Positions 1-9,589 of a DNA stretch of 50,933 nucleotides are shown here, one piece after another. The notes beneath the pieces are model-generated. The model had not been told where the DNA came from, did not search any database, and saw only the letters and a list, made by a program, of their open reading frames with translations. This stretch comes from an uncultured Melioribacteraceae bacterium (GTDB taxonomy: Bacteria; Bacteroidota; Ignavibacteria; Ignavibacteriales; Melioribacteraceae). The stretch's first letter is position 1; the number at the start of each line of letters is the position of its first letter. The stretch is from positions 1 through 50,933 of the forward strand of contig CAZEXO010000004.1 of NCBI GenBank assembly GCA_964516545.1. Reading direction: 5' to 3'. A program made the position numbers and the translations under genes.

Positions 1-117
1 ATTGGCTTCAATGTTCGGTTTGGCAAATTTAACCAGAAGAAGTATTTCTCACAAACCCACTTATTAAGCTCTGTGTTTCCTCAAAAATCAAATTGTTGTC
101 TGTTATGTAGAGTAGTT

Positions 118-951
118 CTAATTCCTTCTCACCCAAAAAGTAATTTTAGGATGCATTCCGCTTCTTATCGAATATGGCTCAATCTGGGAATAAACAATAC
201 CACTAAAAATTCCAACATCATTCCATTTATCGATTTTTATCAATCCTGTTTTTAGGGTATCATCATAATAGAAAGTACCAGTAACACTTCCATCCGATAT
301 GTTCCAATGTCTTGTATGTTCAATGAGTTCAGGTAATTCATTTCCCCGATCTAAAAATTTCCAATATAATCGTTCGCCTGCTTCATCATGAATAGTGTAG
401 ACAACGCTGATTATAACGGTATCCCCGTTTACCGACAAGGAAAAAGTCGGATCGCCCCCCCGAAGCATAGGAGGATATAAATTTTCCGGATCGATAGTTT
501 CTTCATTATTAGGTCTGATCTGTATTCCCTCAATAACCTCATAATCGAAGCTCATGTTTTGATAGGTAGTATAAACAGTGGATGGATTGTAAGAATATCC
601 GTCAACTTTGAAAGATAAAATATTACTCTCAGGCAACAATGGCCAGAACGCATAAATAGTATCTCCTGCCGAACTATCAATCGTTGTCCAAAGATTATTA
701 ATCTCAAGATAGTTGATGAACATGTCGGCGGGTTTGTTAACTAAAACAATTTTAAATTTATCTCCAACCCTTGGTTGATCCCGGACAATGATATCGCTAA
801 TTCTAAAAGATCCAATTACTGTATCAAGAGGAACATATACGGTATCATGCACATACTTTGTGATGAATGTTTCATTTTCACAGCCAGATGAAATTAACAA
901 TAACATTGTTAATAATGTACTGAGAAATATAATTGGTAATACCTGTTTCAA
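118..951 (-). CDS. hypothetical lipoprotein
   Basis: 277-aa ORF. The N-terminus MKQVLPIIFLSTLLTMLLLISSGC is a signal peptide ending in a lipobox-like Cys. Apparent TTG start. No family recognised. Confidence 0.6.
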   Translation of the reverse strand: MKQVLPIIFLSTLLTMLLLISSGCENETFITKYVHDTVYVPLDTVIGSFRISDIIVRDQPRVGDKFKIVLVNKPADMFINYLEINNLWTTIDSSAGDTIYAFWPLLPESNILSFKVDGYSYNPSTVYTTYQNMSFDYEVIEGIQIRPNNEETIDPENLYPPMLRGGDPTFSLSVNGDTVIISVVYTIHDEAGERLYWKFLDRGNELPELIEHTRHWNISDGSVTGTFYYDDTLKTGLIKIDKWNDVGIFSGIVYSQIEPYSIRSGMHPKITFWVRRN

Positions 952-986
952 AATATTATACCTTCATGAAGGCGCTTTATGTTTAC

Positions 987-1241
987 TTAGACTTCAAGTT
1001 CAACGAGTTTTGAAGCCACGCCAGGCAACACGGCAACTTTCCGGGTTAGTTCTTCTTTTTGCTCTTCTGTGCCATGCAGTTCAAGAATCAGCAATCCTTC
1101 GTCGGAACAATTTTCCATCACGCCGTCATGAATACCAAGACGTGTTTTAATTATGCATCCCCACGCAGTTAAAATTTGTTGAACTTTTACTGCTTCTTCC
1201 TTTCTTTTGCCAATTAATATCAACAAGACTGATTTTTTCAT
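987..1241 (-). CDS. small ACT/NikR-C-like protein, possibly TM1266-type (putative iron-only hydrogenase system regulator family)
   Basis: 84-aa ORF with AGGTGA 4 nt upstream of the ATG. The size and beta-alpha-beta-beta-alpha-beta-like pattern (LLILIGKRKEEAVKVQQIL...LLILELHGTEEQKEEL...LPGV) recall the TM1266 family. The family assignment is from memory only. Confidence 0.6.
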   Translation of the reverse strand: MKKSVLLILIGKRKEEAVKVQQILTAWGCIIKTRLGIHDGVMENCSDEGLLILELHGTEEQKEELTRKVAVLPGVASKLVELEV

Positions 1242-1514
1242 GATCTCACCTGATTAATTGTTGTATGAGTATAAAACTTAATTATTTTTTGTGACCAGGT
1301 CAATTCTGTTTCGTCTAACAGCCGGATAATAATATTATCTTGAAATGAAAGGATAGGTTCTAAGTTCAGGTTTGTTATATTAAAACAGGAGAATTAAATT
1401 TAGCGGGAAGTTTAACAAATCATAGAATACCCGTTGATCAGAGAAATGATCTTCGGATAAATGTTAGAATTCTCTTTCGGTGATTAAGATAAAAATGTTA
1501 AGAGGGGATAAATA

Positions 1515-2168
1515 TTGATTACCAATAAACCGGGCAAACAACGAAAGTTCTGGAAAGTATTAGTGTTAACAATTATTACCTTCGGGATGTATTTTTTATA
1601 CTGGCTATACCGCAATCTTACTGAAATGGAAAATGCATTTGAATTTGAATCCGAGGAAAATCAGGTTGTTGTGGCTAAACGTTTTTACGGAGCCGGTTTT
1701 TTTCTTGTACTGATTTATGGAATATCGCTTGTTAATATCATTCTTGAAAATCCTCAAAACGCAAAGGTTATATTCATTTATTCTAATTACTACAATTTAC
1801 TTTTCACGGCTACAGGACTTTTTTTGTTCTTCTATTTTATCAGAAGTGTTTTTCTCTGTCAATCAAAACTGAGTTTAACGCCTTTTAATAAAAAGGCAAT
1901 CTATTCAGTGTACATAGTGAGATTTGCGATTGATGTTATTGTTGCGGTTCTTTTCTTTTCTTTTAATATGGATGAATTCATAAAATCATTAATCAACGGC
2001 GAGGGGGAATTTACTGCCGAATTTCTTCTGGGTAATCCAAACATCAGACTATTAACATTATTAAGTCTTCTGAGTTACGTCAGTAACGTTGTGTTGGTGA
2101 TTTTTATTTACAGACTTCAAATCGAATTAAACGCGATCTGGCAGTTTTATAGAAATGCTAAAAGTTAG
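1515..2168 (+). CDS. multi-pass membrane protein (DUF4234-like N-terminal motif)
   Basis: 217-aa ORF with a TTG start preceded by AGAGGGGA. Several hydrophobic helices. FGMYFLYWLYRN resembles the DUF4234 signature. Confidence 0.6.
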   Translation: MITNKPGKQRKFWKVLVLTIITFGMYFLYWLYRNLTEMENAFEFESEENQVVVAKRFYGAGFFLVLIYGISLVNIILENPQNAKVIFIYSNYYNLLFTATGLFLFFYFIRSVFLCQSKLSLTPFNKKAIYSVYIVRFAIDVIVAVLFFSFNMDEFIKSLINGEGEFTAEFLLGNPNIRLLTLLSLLSYVSNVVLVIFIYRLQIELNAIWQFYRNAKS

Positions 2169-2281
2169 CAACCTAACCAAATCCGCGAAACAAAAAACCT
2201 AAACAAAGTAATTGATGTAACAATAATCACTAAATATCCGGGGTTATTTTTCGATTATTATTAATAAATCCGGAGGATAAA

Positions 2282-2644
2282 TTGAAAATTACAAGCGCGC
2301 ATGTTGAGAGTCTTAAATTATGGAGTACATCTCTGATCCAGCCGAAAGAATCAAGTGGTAATAAAAAGGATTCTATAGAAATCTCCAACACCGCAAAGGC
2401 ATTCCAGAAACTTGATGATTTTCTCAACCTGGGAAAACGCGACCGGATGGATTTAAGCGATTTGAATAAAGCTGAAAAGGAAGAATTCCTGAAGATGCTG
2501 ACTACCTTAATAAGACATGGAATTGTTGGTTACCAGGAATATGAAATAAATGGCAAGCGGGAGAAACATTACATCGTTAATACTATCGGTGATGAAAGGT
2601 TATATGGGGCAAAACCAAAAGTGGTAAGAGACAGAACCAGTTAG
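2282..2644 (+). CDS. hypothetical protein
   Basis: 120-aa ORF with a TTG start preceded by GGAGGA. Charged, non-repetitive composition. Its stop overlaps the stop of the convergent ORF 2641..3162. Confidence 0.5.
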   Translation: MKITSAHVESLKLWSTSLIQPKESSGNKKDSIEISNTAKAFQKLDDFLNLGKRDRMDLSDLNKAEKEEFLKMLTTLIRHGIVGYQEYEINGKREKHYIVNTIGDERLYGAKPKVVRDRTS

Positions 2645-3162
2645 CCTACAATATCGAGTAACTTTCCTTTGTTGAATTTCACTATCGGACTGTAAAAATC
2701 TTTCAGTTTTTCTTTTCTGTCATCTTTTCTTTCTGTTAGTTGCAAATAATTCATATTTATGCGTCTGTCGGGAACAATGGTGATAAACCAGCCTCTTTGT
2801 TCAATTTGGGTTGATGTAATGTTTTCCGGATGAGCATAATTAATTTCCGAGCTCTGAAAGGAATTTTCATTAAAATTAGTTTCGGGTAGAACGCCTGATC
2901 TGCTTAACGCATCAGAATTCAGAAATCCTTTAACAGAGTTCTGATTTGATTCAATGGGTTTATTTAACGGTAGAAAAGATTTATTAACTTCTGTAAGACT
3001 TTTTGCGGATGTAGATTTAACTATTGAGGAGATTGATTGCTCAGTTTTTAAATCAGGATTACTTGTAAACTTTTTTTCAAAGCCGAACAGATTCTTTCCC
3101 TGATGTTTGAGAAGTAGTGCCTGAGCGTTTCCGTTCGCGATATTTATGCCGTCTGTTGTCAT
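2641..3162 (-). CDS. hypothetical protein (Ser/Asn-rich)
   Basis: 173-aa ORF, the longest in this interval. No convincing SD. The middle is low-complexity and the C-terminus is more ordered. No family recognised. Confidence 0.4.
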   Translation of the reverse strand: MTTDGINIANGNAQALLLKHQGKNLFGFEKKFTSNPDLKTEQSISSIVKSTSAKSLTEVNKSFLPLNKPIESNQNSVKGFLNSDALSRSGVLPETNFNENSFQSSEINYAHPENITSTQIEQRGWFITIVPDRRINMNYLQLTERKDDRKEKLKDFYSPIVKFNKGKLLDIVG

Positions 3163-3263
3163 AAACTAAGGCAAGAATAATCCATTCCTGATAAAAATGC
3201 AATAGCTGGAAACAGTGAAATATCTGCAGATTGACGGAGAACACTTTAGGAATATTTAAGAAC

Positions 3264-3294
3264 TTGACAAGAAGTATCGATTGCGCTATATTTG
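3264..3294 (+). promoter_or_regulatory. candidate promoter of the tetR-efflux operon
   Basis: TTGACA (3264-3269), a 17-nt spacer, then TATATT (3287-3292). The -10 region read as TATATTTG also fits the Bacteroidetes-type TAnnTTTG motif. It lies 46 nt upstream of the tetR ATG. Confidence 0.45.
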
Positions 3295-3305
3295 AATCCA
3301 CTAAA

Positions 3306-3318
3306 TGACCGATAGTCA
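3306..3318. promoter_or_regulatory. candidate TetR operator, site 1
   Basis: TGACCGATAGTCA, with inverted TGAC/GTCA arms. The right half TAGTCA is identical to site 2. It sits just downstream of the predicted -10 and 22 nt before the tetR ATG. Confidence 0.4.
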
Positions 3319-3339
3319 ACAAACGGAATAGAGTCAGGA

Positions 3340-4002
3340 ATGGGAACCCTCGAAAGGCGCGAAAGGGAGAGACAGCAACGTAAAAAAGACATCATTGATG
3401 CGGCTGAAAAAGTCTTTTTCTCAAAAGGATATGAGATAGCCACTATGGACGATGTAGCCCAGACGGCAGAATTAAGTAAGGGGACACTTTATCTTTACTT
3501 CAGAAGTAAGGAAGAACTTTATTTTGGAATAGTACTCAGAGCAATGAAAATCTTGCACGATGAATTTCACAATACTGAAACGGGCGCAAGAAACGGCTTA
3601 GAAAAGATTAGGGCTCATGGAATTGCCTACATTAAATTCTACAAAGAATATCCAAACTACTTTAACGCTCTGCTTTTCTATGAAACTCGGGAAATGAATT
3701 TTCTGAAGGTAAAAGACGAATATAATTTTCAGGATGATATACGACTAGCTGCATTTCATGAAAGCGATAAAAATAATGAAATGTTGGCAACTCACATCCG
3801 TGAGGGAATCGAAGATGGATCAATCAGAGATGATATTGATCCTCTCAAAATGGCATTTTTTCTGAGGGGGGCTTCAACAGGATTACTCCAATTAACTTCT
3901 TGTAAAGGGCTTTGTTTTTCTGAATTGCACAAAGCCGATATGGACGAATACATGAATTATTTCATGGATTTTCTTGGCAAGTGTTTACAAAAACAAAAAT
4001 AA
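3340..4002 (+). CDS. TetR/AcrR family transcriptional regulator
   Basis: 220 aa. The N-terminal HTH (TMDDVAQTAELSKGTLYLYFRSKEELY) is the classic TetR_N signature. It sits directly upstream of the efflux genes. Confidence 0.9.
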   Translation: MGTLERRERERQQRKKDIIDAAEKVFFSKGYEIATMDDVAQTAELSKGTLYLYFRSKEELYFGIVLRAMKILHDEFHNTETGARNGLEKIRAHGIAYIKFYKEYPNYFNALLFYETREMNFLKVKDEYNFQDDIRLAAFHESDKNNEMLATHIREGIEDGSIRDDIDPLKMAFFLRGASTGLLQLTSCKGLCFSELHKADMDEYMNYFMDFLGKCLQKQK

Positions 4003-4019
4003 AAATTTTTAAAACACCC

Positions 4020-4032
4020 TGACTAGTAGTCA
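4020..4032. promoter_or_regulatory. candidate TetR operator, site 2
   Basis: TGACTAgTAGTCA, a perfect 6-1-6 inverted repeat in the 58-nt tetR-tolC spacer. Confidence 0.45.
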
Positions 4033-4060
4033 TTATTTTAAACCATGTTAAGGTAATGTT

Positions 4061-5446
4061 ATGAATCGTATTTATTTGCTGTTATTTATTATGGTCACAG
4101 CAGGCATTTCATTATTCGGACAAGTTGAGATTTTGGATAACTACGTCCGAATCGGATTATTGGGTAATCTTTCACTTCAGCAAAAGGAATTTTCGTTGCA
4201 AAAAAGTCTGGCTGCGCTCGACGAAGCGAGAGGTATGTTTATGCCTTCAATAATTATTAATGCACGATACACTCGTGCTGAGGGCGGACGAAAAATTGAT
4301 CTTCCAATCGGTGATCTGATGAATCCCGTTTATGCAGGATTAAACCAGCTCATTGGTTCGTCAGTATATCCTTCAATCGATAATCAACAAATTGATTTTT
4401 TAAGAAGGAGAGAGCATGAGACCAAAGTGTCATTAGTGCAGCCGATATTTACGCCCCAGATTTTTTTTAATTATGGTATTAAGTCGGATATTACTGAAAT
4501 AAGTGAGTTCGAAAAAAATCTCTATAAACGGGATTTAATCGCTATGATTAAAACCGCTTATTACAATTACAACAAAACCTTGCTTGCAATTAAAATATTC
4601 GAACAGGCTGAAGAGTTGCTGAAAGAAAATCTGCGCGTGAACAACTCGTTGTATGAAAATCAAAAAGTAACAAAAGATGCCGTCTACCGCGCTGAAGCTG
4701 AACTAAGCGAAATACAGCAACAAAAAGCCGAGGCTGAAAAAAATAATGAATTGGCAAAATTCTATTTCAATTTTATTCTCAACCGTGATCTTAATTCTGA
4801 AATTTTGGTCTCAACACAACCCGCAGAAGAAAGTTTTACTTACACAATTGAGGAAACAACAAGAAGCGCTTTACAAAAAAGGGAAGAGCTAAATCTGATT
4901 GTAAAAGCAATTGAGATTGCCGACAAAAGTGTTGATTTAGCAAGATCGAATTATCTTCCTTCTTTGATATTTGCCGCTGATTATGGCTTTCAGGGCGAGG
5001 ATTATAAATTTTCGGAAGAATATGATTATTGGATGGCATCACTGGTATTGAAGTGGAATTTATTTAACGGATTTCAGGATAAAGCTAAAGCTGAACAATC
5101 ACAGTTCGAGAAGGCGGAATTAGAATCCAAACTTCTTGAATTACAAAGGAAAATTGTACTTCAGGTGACCGAAACATATAAGTCGTATGAAATCACGAAA
5201 AAAAATCTCGAATCAGCCGCACTGAGAGAAAAAAGCTCTACAGCAGCATTTGAGATAGTTCAAAAAAAATATAATGAAGGAATGGCCAGCATGATTGAAT
5301 TTATTGATGCGAGAGGTTCACTCACGCGGTCGAGGCTAAATAAAGTTCTTACTCAGTTCGATCTCTTTATAAAAATTGCGGAACTTGAAAAAGTATCTTC
5401 AGTAAATCACGAGAAATATTTTATTGATATCAGCGAGGAAAAATAA
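4061..5446 (+). CDS. TolC-family outer membrane efflux protein
   Basis: 461 aa with a signal peptide. Two coiled-coil-rich OEP repeats. It is the first gene of an OMF-adaptor-RND triplet. Confidence 0.9.
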   Translation: MNRIYLLLFIMVTAGISLFGQVEILDNYVRIGLLGNLSLQQKEFSLQKSLAALDEARGMFMPSIIINARYTRAEGGRKIDLPIGDLMNPVYAGLNQLIGSSVYPSIDNQQIDFLRRREHETKVSLVQPIFTPQIFFNYGIKSDITEISEFEKNLYKRDLIAMIKTAYYNYNKTLLAIKIFEQAEELLKENLRVNNSLYENQKVTKDAVYRAEAELSEIQQQKAEAEKNNELAKFYFNFILNRDLNSEILVSTQPAEESFTYTIEETTRSALQKREELNLIVKAIEIADKSVDLARSNYLPSLIFAADYGFQGEDYKFSEEYDYWMASLVLKWNLFNGFQDKAKAEQSQFEKAELESKLLELQRKIVLQVTETYKSYEITKKNLESAALREKSSTAAFEIVQKKYNEGMASMIEFIDARGSLTRSRLNKVLTQFDLFIKIAELEKVSSVNHEKYFIDISEEK

Positions 5447-5447
5447 A

Positions 5448-6479
5448 ATGAAAGCAAAAATATTATACTTGATTTGTTTTATGCTGGTGGTTACTTCATG
5501 CCGGAAGGAAGAAGAAAAAACTGATATGTCTCCCGTTGTTCCTGTTAAGACAGAGAAAGTTATACGACAAAAAATGATTTTACCTGTTCATACAAGCGGG
5601 AAAATTTCAACTTCTGCTGAAACAAAACTCTCCTTCAAGATTGGCGGAATAATCGAAAAGATATTCGTCAGTGAAGGGGATTATGTTGAAAAAGGAAAAT
5701 TACTTGCCCAACTGAACTTATCGGAAATTGAAGCGCGTCTTCTTCAGGCTCAAAATGGGTTTGATAAAATGGAACGAGACTATTCTCGTGTGAAAAAACT
5801 TTACGCCGATGAGGTAGCAACATTAGAACAATTTCAGAATACCGAAACAGCATTTAATGTTGCGAAATCAGATTTGGAAATAGCCCGGTTCAATTATAAA
5901 TACGCGAAAATTACAGCCCCGGCAAACGGACAAATATTAAAAAAATTATGCGAGGAAAATGAACTTACAAATGCAGGAACGCCACTGATAATTTTCGGGA
6001 TGCAGTCTGAAGGATGGATCGTTAAAGTTGGCGTTACTGATAAAGATATTTTGAAAATTAGAGCTAACGATTCTGCTCATGTAGTAATTGACGCTTTCCC
6101 GGATAAGGTTTTTTCAGCAAAAGTGACTGAGATTGGACTCGCAGCAAATCCTTACAACGGAACCTATGAAGTTGAGTTAAAAATAAATACGGGAAATTTT
6201 AAACTCATTTCAGGACTCGTTGCGGGAGTTGATATATATCCATCCGGAGGAAATGAATTTTATATTATTCCTATTTCAGCATTAAATGAAGCAGATAAAA
6301 ACCGGGGTTTTGTATATACTCCTTCAAAAAATAATTCTGTGAGAAAACTTAATGTATTTGTTGAATCAATTATAGATGACAAAGTTGCTGTTTCAAAAGG
6401 ACTTGAAAGTATTCGAACCGTAATCACAGAAGGATCGGAGTATCTTAATTCATATTCAAAAATAGATATTGTTAATTAG
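5448..6479 (+). CDS. efflux RND transporter periplasmic adaptor (HlyD/MFP family) lipoprotein
   Basis: I chose the start at the internal ATG (MKAKILYLICFMLVVTSC, a lipobox), 1 nt after the tolC stop. Barrel-sandwich and coiled-coil pattern (GDYVEKGKLLAQL, ITAPANGQI). Confidence 0.9.
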   Translation: MKAKILYLICFMLVVTSCRKEEEKTDMSPVVPVKTEKVIRQKMILPVHTSGKISTSAETKLSFKIGGIIEKIFVSEGDYVEKGKLLAQLNLSEIEARLLQAQNGFDKMERDYSRVKKLYADEVATLEQFQNTETAFNVAKSDLEIARFNYKYAKITAPANGQILKKLCEENELTNAGTPLIIFGMQSEGWIVKVGVTDKDILKIRANDSAHVVIDAFPDKVFSAKVTEIGLAANPYNGTYEVELKINTGNFKLISGLVAGVDIYPSGGNEFYIIPISALNEADKNRGFVYTPSKNNSVRKLNVFVESIIDDKVAVSKGLESIRTVITEGSEYLNSYSKIDIVN

Positions 6480-6491
6480 GCGGGGATAAAG

Positions 6492-9400
6492 ATGAGATTT
6501 CCAAAGTTTGCAATTGAGAATCATCAGTTTTCGCTGGTGATTATTGTATTGTTATCATTGTTGGGGTTAGTATCGTTCTTAACTATGCCTCGTTCCGAAG
6601 ATCCTCAGGTGTCACCCGCTGGAACAAGCGTAATAGTGTTGTTGCCCGGAGCTAACCCAACCGATCTCGAAGAACTTATTGTTGATCCAATAGAGGAAGT
6701 TATTAACGAGCTTGAGGATATCAAAGATATAAATACAAAAGCCGAAGATGGCTTGGTTGTGGTGAGCGTTGAATTTTTATCCGGCAGCGATCCCGATGAT
6801 AAATATTCGGATGTTGTACAGAAGGTGAATAGTATTCGTAATCAGTTACCAACCGAAATCCGAATGATCGAACTAATGAAATGGACAATGACTGATGTTA
6901 GTATTTTTCAGGGAGCTATTGTAAGTGATTCGGCTGAATACAGTGTCCTGGAAAAAAACATTGAGTCGCTGGAAAATGAATTGGAAAAAATTAATGGCGT
7001 TTTAAGCGTTAAGACAATGGCATATCCCGACCAGGAAATTCGTATATCTCTCAACCTTGAAAGAATTGCTCAGATGAATCTATCGTTCCAGCAAATTTCA
7101 AACGCGATAATAAGCAGTAACGTCAATATTCCAGGGGGAAGTATTGACGTGGGCAATAAAAAACTAAATATCGAAACAAGCGGTTCGTTCGAAAGTATTG
7201 ATGAAATAAAAAATACTATTATTGACGCCCGTGACGGAAAGATTGTGTTCCTGAAAGATGTTGCCGATGTTAATTTTGATTACAGCGATCAAAAGTATAT
7301 TGCCCGATTTAATGGTGAAAGAGCTCTTTTCATATCAGCCAGTCAGAAAGAGGGAACAAATATTTTTGACATCTATGATCAAATGAAACAAAAAATAACG
7401 GAATTCGAGCAGTCACTTCCCCAGGGAATTAGATTTGAATATGTGTTTGATCAATCGGTTAGTGTTTCAACCAGGCTTAATGATTTTTTTATGAACTTAT
7501 TGCAGGGCTTGTTGCTCGTAGGAGTTGTGATATTTTTGGCTGTCGGTTTCCGGGCTTCAAGTATTGTAATGCTGGCTATTCCGTTATCTGTTTTAATCGG
7601 AATTTCTTTTACTGATTTCAGCGGTTTTGGAATCGAACAAATGTCAATTGCAGGTCTCGTTATAGCTTTGGGTCTGTTGGTTGATAATGCGATTGTTGTC
7701 ACGCAGAATATTTCGAGATTTATGGATAACGGACTGCAACCGACTGATGCAGCAATTACCGGAACAATACAAATTGCCTGGGCGGTAACCAGCTCGACCG
7801 TTACAACGGTATTGGCTTTTGTCCCGATAATATTAATGCAAAATGTGACTGGTGATTTTATAAGAAGCATGCCGGCAACCGTTGTTTATACCTTGTCCGC
7901 TTCACTTTTGATTTCTTTAGCACTAACGCCGTATCTCTCTTCAAAATTTTTGCGTAAGAAGTATGACTCCGTCAGAAAACAGAATAAAATAAAATTATTG
8001 ATGAACACATTTATAGAAACTAAATACCGAAGAATATTGGATTATGCATTAAATCACACGAGGTTGATTATAATAATATCTGTTACTGTTTTCTTTTTGA
8101 GTTTGTTGTTATTCCCTTTTGTTGGCGTCAGTTTTTTTCCGAAAGCTGGTAAAACACAGTTTATGATAAATATTGAAATGCCTGAAGGCACCAGTCTTGA
8201 CAGAACTGATGAAGTGGCCGGATTTGTTGAAAACATACTTGAAAGTTATCATGAAGTTGAATTGTATGCTACGAATGTTGGAAAAGGTAATCCGCGAATT
8301 TATTACAATGTTATTCAGCGGAGAGAGAAGAGTAATTTTGCTCAGATTTATGTTGACTTAATTGATATGGCTCCTGAAGAATATACAAAGTTCCTGATGA
8401 ACCTGAGAAATGAATTTAGCAGTTATCCGGGTGCCAGAATCGAAGTAAAAGAATTTGAACAGGGTCCGCCGATTGAAGCGCCAATCGCCATTCGTGTGAT
8501 TGGTGAAAATCTTGAAAAAATAAGTTCGATCTCAAAAGACATTGAGAATATCTATCGCTCCATTGACGGAATTGTTAACATCAACAACCAGTTAGCTACT
8601 ACCAAAACAGATTTACACGTAAAAATAAATCGCGCAAAAGCAGGTATGCTGGCCGTGCCTATTCATGAAATAGACAAAATGGTTCGTTTGGCAATCAATG
8701 GCTCCGTGGTTTCAAAATTCAGAGACTCAAACGGCAAGGAATATGATATAGTATTTCGTTTACCGATAAAAACAAAATCTCAGATAAATGATTTTGATAA
8801 AATATATGTAACCTCGGCTATTGGCACGCACATTCCTCTGAAACAATTAGCACAAATAGAATTTAGGGCAAGTCCGGTTGTTGTTGATCATTATAATCTG
8901 GATAGGACAAACACTATTACGGCCGATGTTGTTGGCGACTTATCCGTGAATGAAATTACAAATCAAATAATTGAGAAGCTGGAATCCTACGATTGGCCCC
9001 CCGGATATCATTATTATGTAGCCGGGGCTAAAGAACAACAGGAAGATTCCTTTGGCGGAATGTTTCAGGCGATTATTTTAGCGGTCGTGGGAATTTTCGG
9101 AGTACTTGTTCTGCAATTCAGATCATTCTCACAACCCCTGATAGTTTTTGCTGCCATTCCGCTGGCAATTATCGGTTCAATTTTTACTTTGTTTGTTACG
9201 GGTTATTCATTCTCATTCATGGCTTTTGTGGGAATAACTAGTTTGGTTGGAATTGTGGTTAACAATTCAATTCTGCTTGTTGATTACACCAATCAACTGC
9301 GAAGCGAAGGAGCGGAATTAATCCAAGCGCTTAAACAAGCCGGTGAAACAAGATTCACTCCAATAATTTTAACCACCGCGACAACTGTCGGTGGTCTTCT

Positions 9401-9527
9401 CCCTCTTACGTTGCAGGGAGGTTCACTTTGGGCGCCGATGGGATGGACAATAATAGGCGGGCTTTTGGTCTCCACAATTCTGACCCTTGTTGTTGTACCC
9501 GTCCTTTATAAAAGATTCACGAAATAA
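6492..9527 (+). CDS. efflux RND transporter permease (AcrB/HAE1 family)
   Basis: 1011 aa. Twelve-TM architecture with two large periplasmic loops. Typical N-terminus FAIENHQFSLVIIVLLSLLGL. GGGGA SD. Confidence 0.95.
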   Translation: MRFPKFAIENHQFSLVIIVLLSLLGLVSFLTMPRSEDPQVSPAGTSVIVLLPGANPTDLEELIVDPIEEVINELEDIKDINTKAEDGLVVVSVEFLSGSDPDDKYSDVVQKVNSIRNQLPTEIRMIELMKWTMTDVSIFQGAIVSDSAEYSVLEKNIESLENELEKINGVLSVKTMAYPDQEIRISLNLERIAQMNLSFQQISNAIISSNVNIPGGSIDVGNKKLNIETSGSFESIDEIKNTIIDARDGKIVFLKDVADVNFDYSDQKYIARFNGERALFISASQKEGTNIFDIYDQMKQKITEFEQSLPQGIRFEYVFDQSVSVSTRLNDFFMNLLQGLLLVGVVIFLAVGFRASSIVMLAIPLSVLIGISFTDFSGFGIEQMSIAGLVIALGLLVDNAIVVTQNISRFMDNGLQPTDAAITGTIQIAWAVTSSTVTTVLAFVPIILMQNVTGDFIRSMPATVVYTLSASLLISLALTPYLSSKFLRKKYDSVRKQNKIKLLMNTFIETKYRRILDYALNHTRLIIIISVTVFFLSLLLFPFVGVSFFPKAGKTQFMINIEMPEGTSLDRTDEVAGFVENILESYHEVELYATNVGKGNPRIYYNVIQRREKSNFAQIYVDLIDMAPEEYTKFLMNLRNEFSSYPGARIEVKEFEQGPPIEAPIAIRVIGENLEKISSISKDIENIYRSIDGIVNINNQLATTKTDLHVKINRAKAGMLAVPIHEIDKMVRLAINGSVVSKFRDSNGKEYDIVFRLPIKTKSQINDFDKIYVTSAIGTHIPLKQLAQIEFRASPVVVDHYNLDRTNTITADVVGDLSVNEITNQIIEKLESYDWPPGYHYYVAGAKEQQEDSFGGMFQAIILAVVGIFGVLVLQFRSFSQPLIVFAAIPLAIIGSIFTLFVTGYSFSFMAFVGITSLVGIVVNNSILLVDYTNQLRSEGAELIQALKQAGETRFTPIILTTATTVGGLLPLTLQGGSLWAPMGWTIIGGLLVSTILTLVVVPVLYKRFTK

Positions 9528-9535
9528 TTACCCGG

Positions 9536-9570
9536 GAAACAGAAACTGCTGAAATTGCGGTTTCTGTTTC
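9536..9570. terminator. bidirectional intrinsic terminator between convergent genes
   Basis: Perfect 11-bp stem GAAACAGAAAC / GTTTCTGTTTC with a 13-nt loop. It lies between the RND stop (9527) and the UPF0371 stop (9590). Confidence 0.6.
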
Positions 9571-9589
9571 TGTCATAATATTTTCTGAT

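Noticed and set aside
1-117. Open minus-strand frame at the left edge (..LNKWVCEKYFFWLNLPNRTLKP..)
   Set aside because: It has no ATG start and is only ~30 codons before the window edge. I cannot tell whether a gene begins here.
2282-2644. FlgM (anti-sigma-28) assignment for the 120-aa protein
   Set aside because: Only a ~20-residue motif resembles FlgM. The position within the protein and the remainder do not fit well, and no flagellar genes are nearby. I kept it as hypothetical.
7451-7870. 139-aa minus-strand ORF inside the RND permease, and similar internal antisense ORFs (for example 38734..39087, 29722..30084, 25888..26271)
   Set aside because: They lie entirely within confidently assigned genes on the opposite strand and have no motifs.
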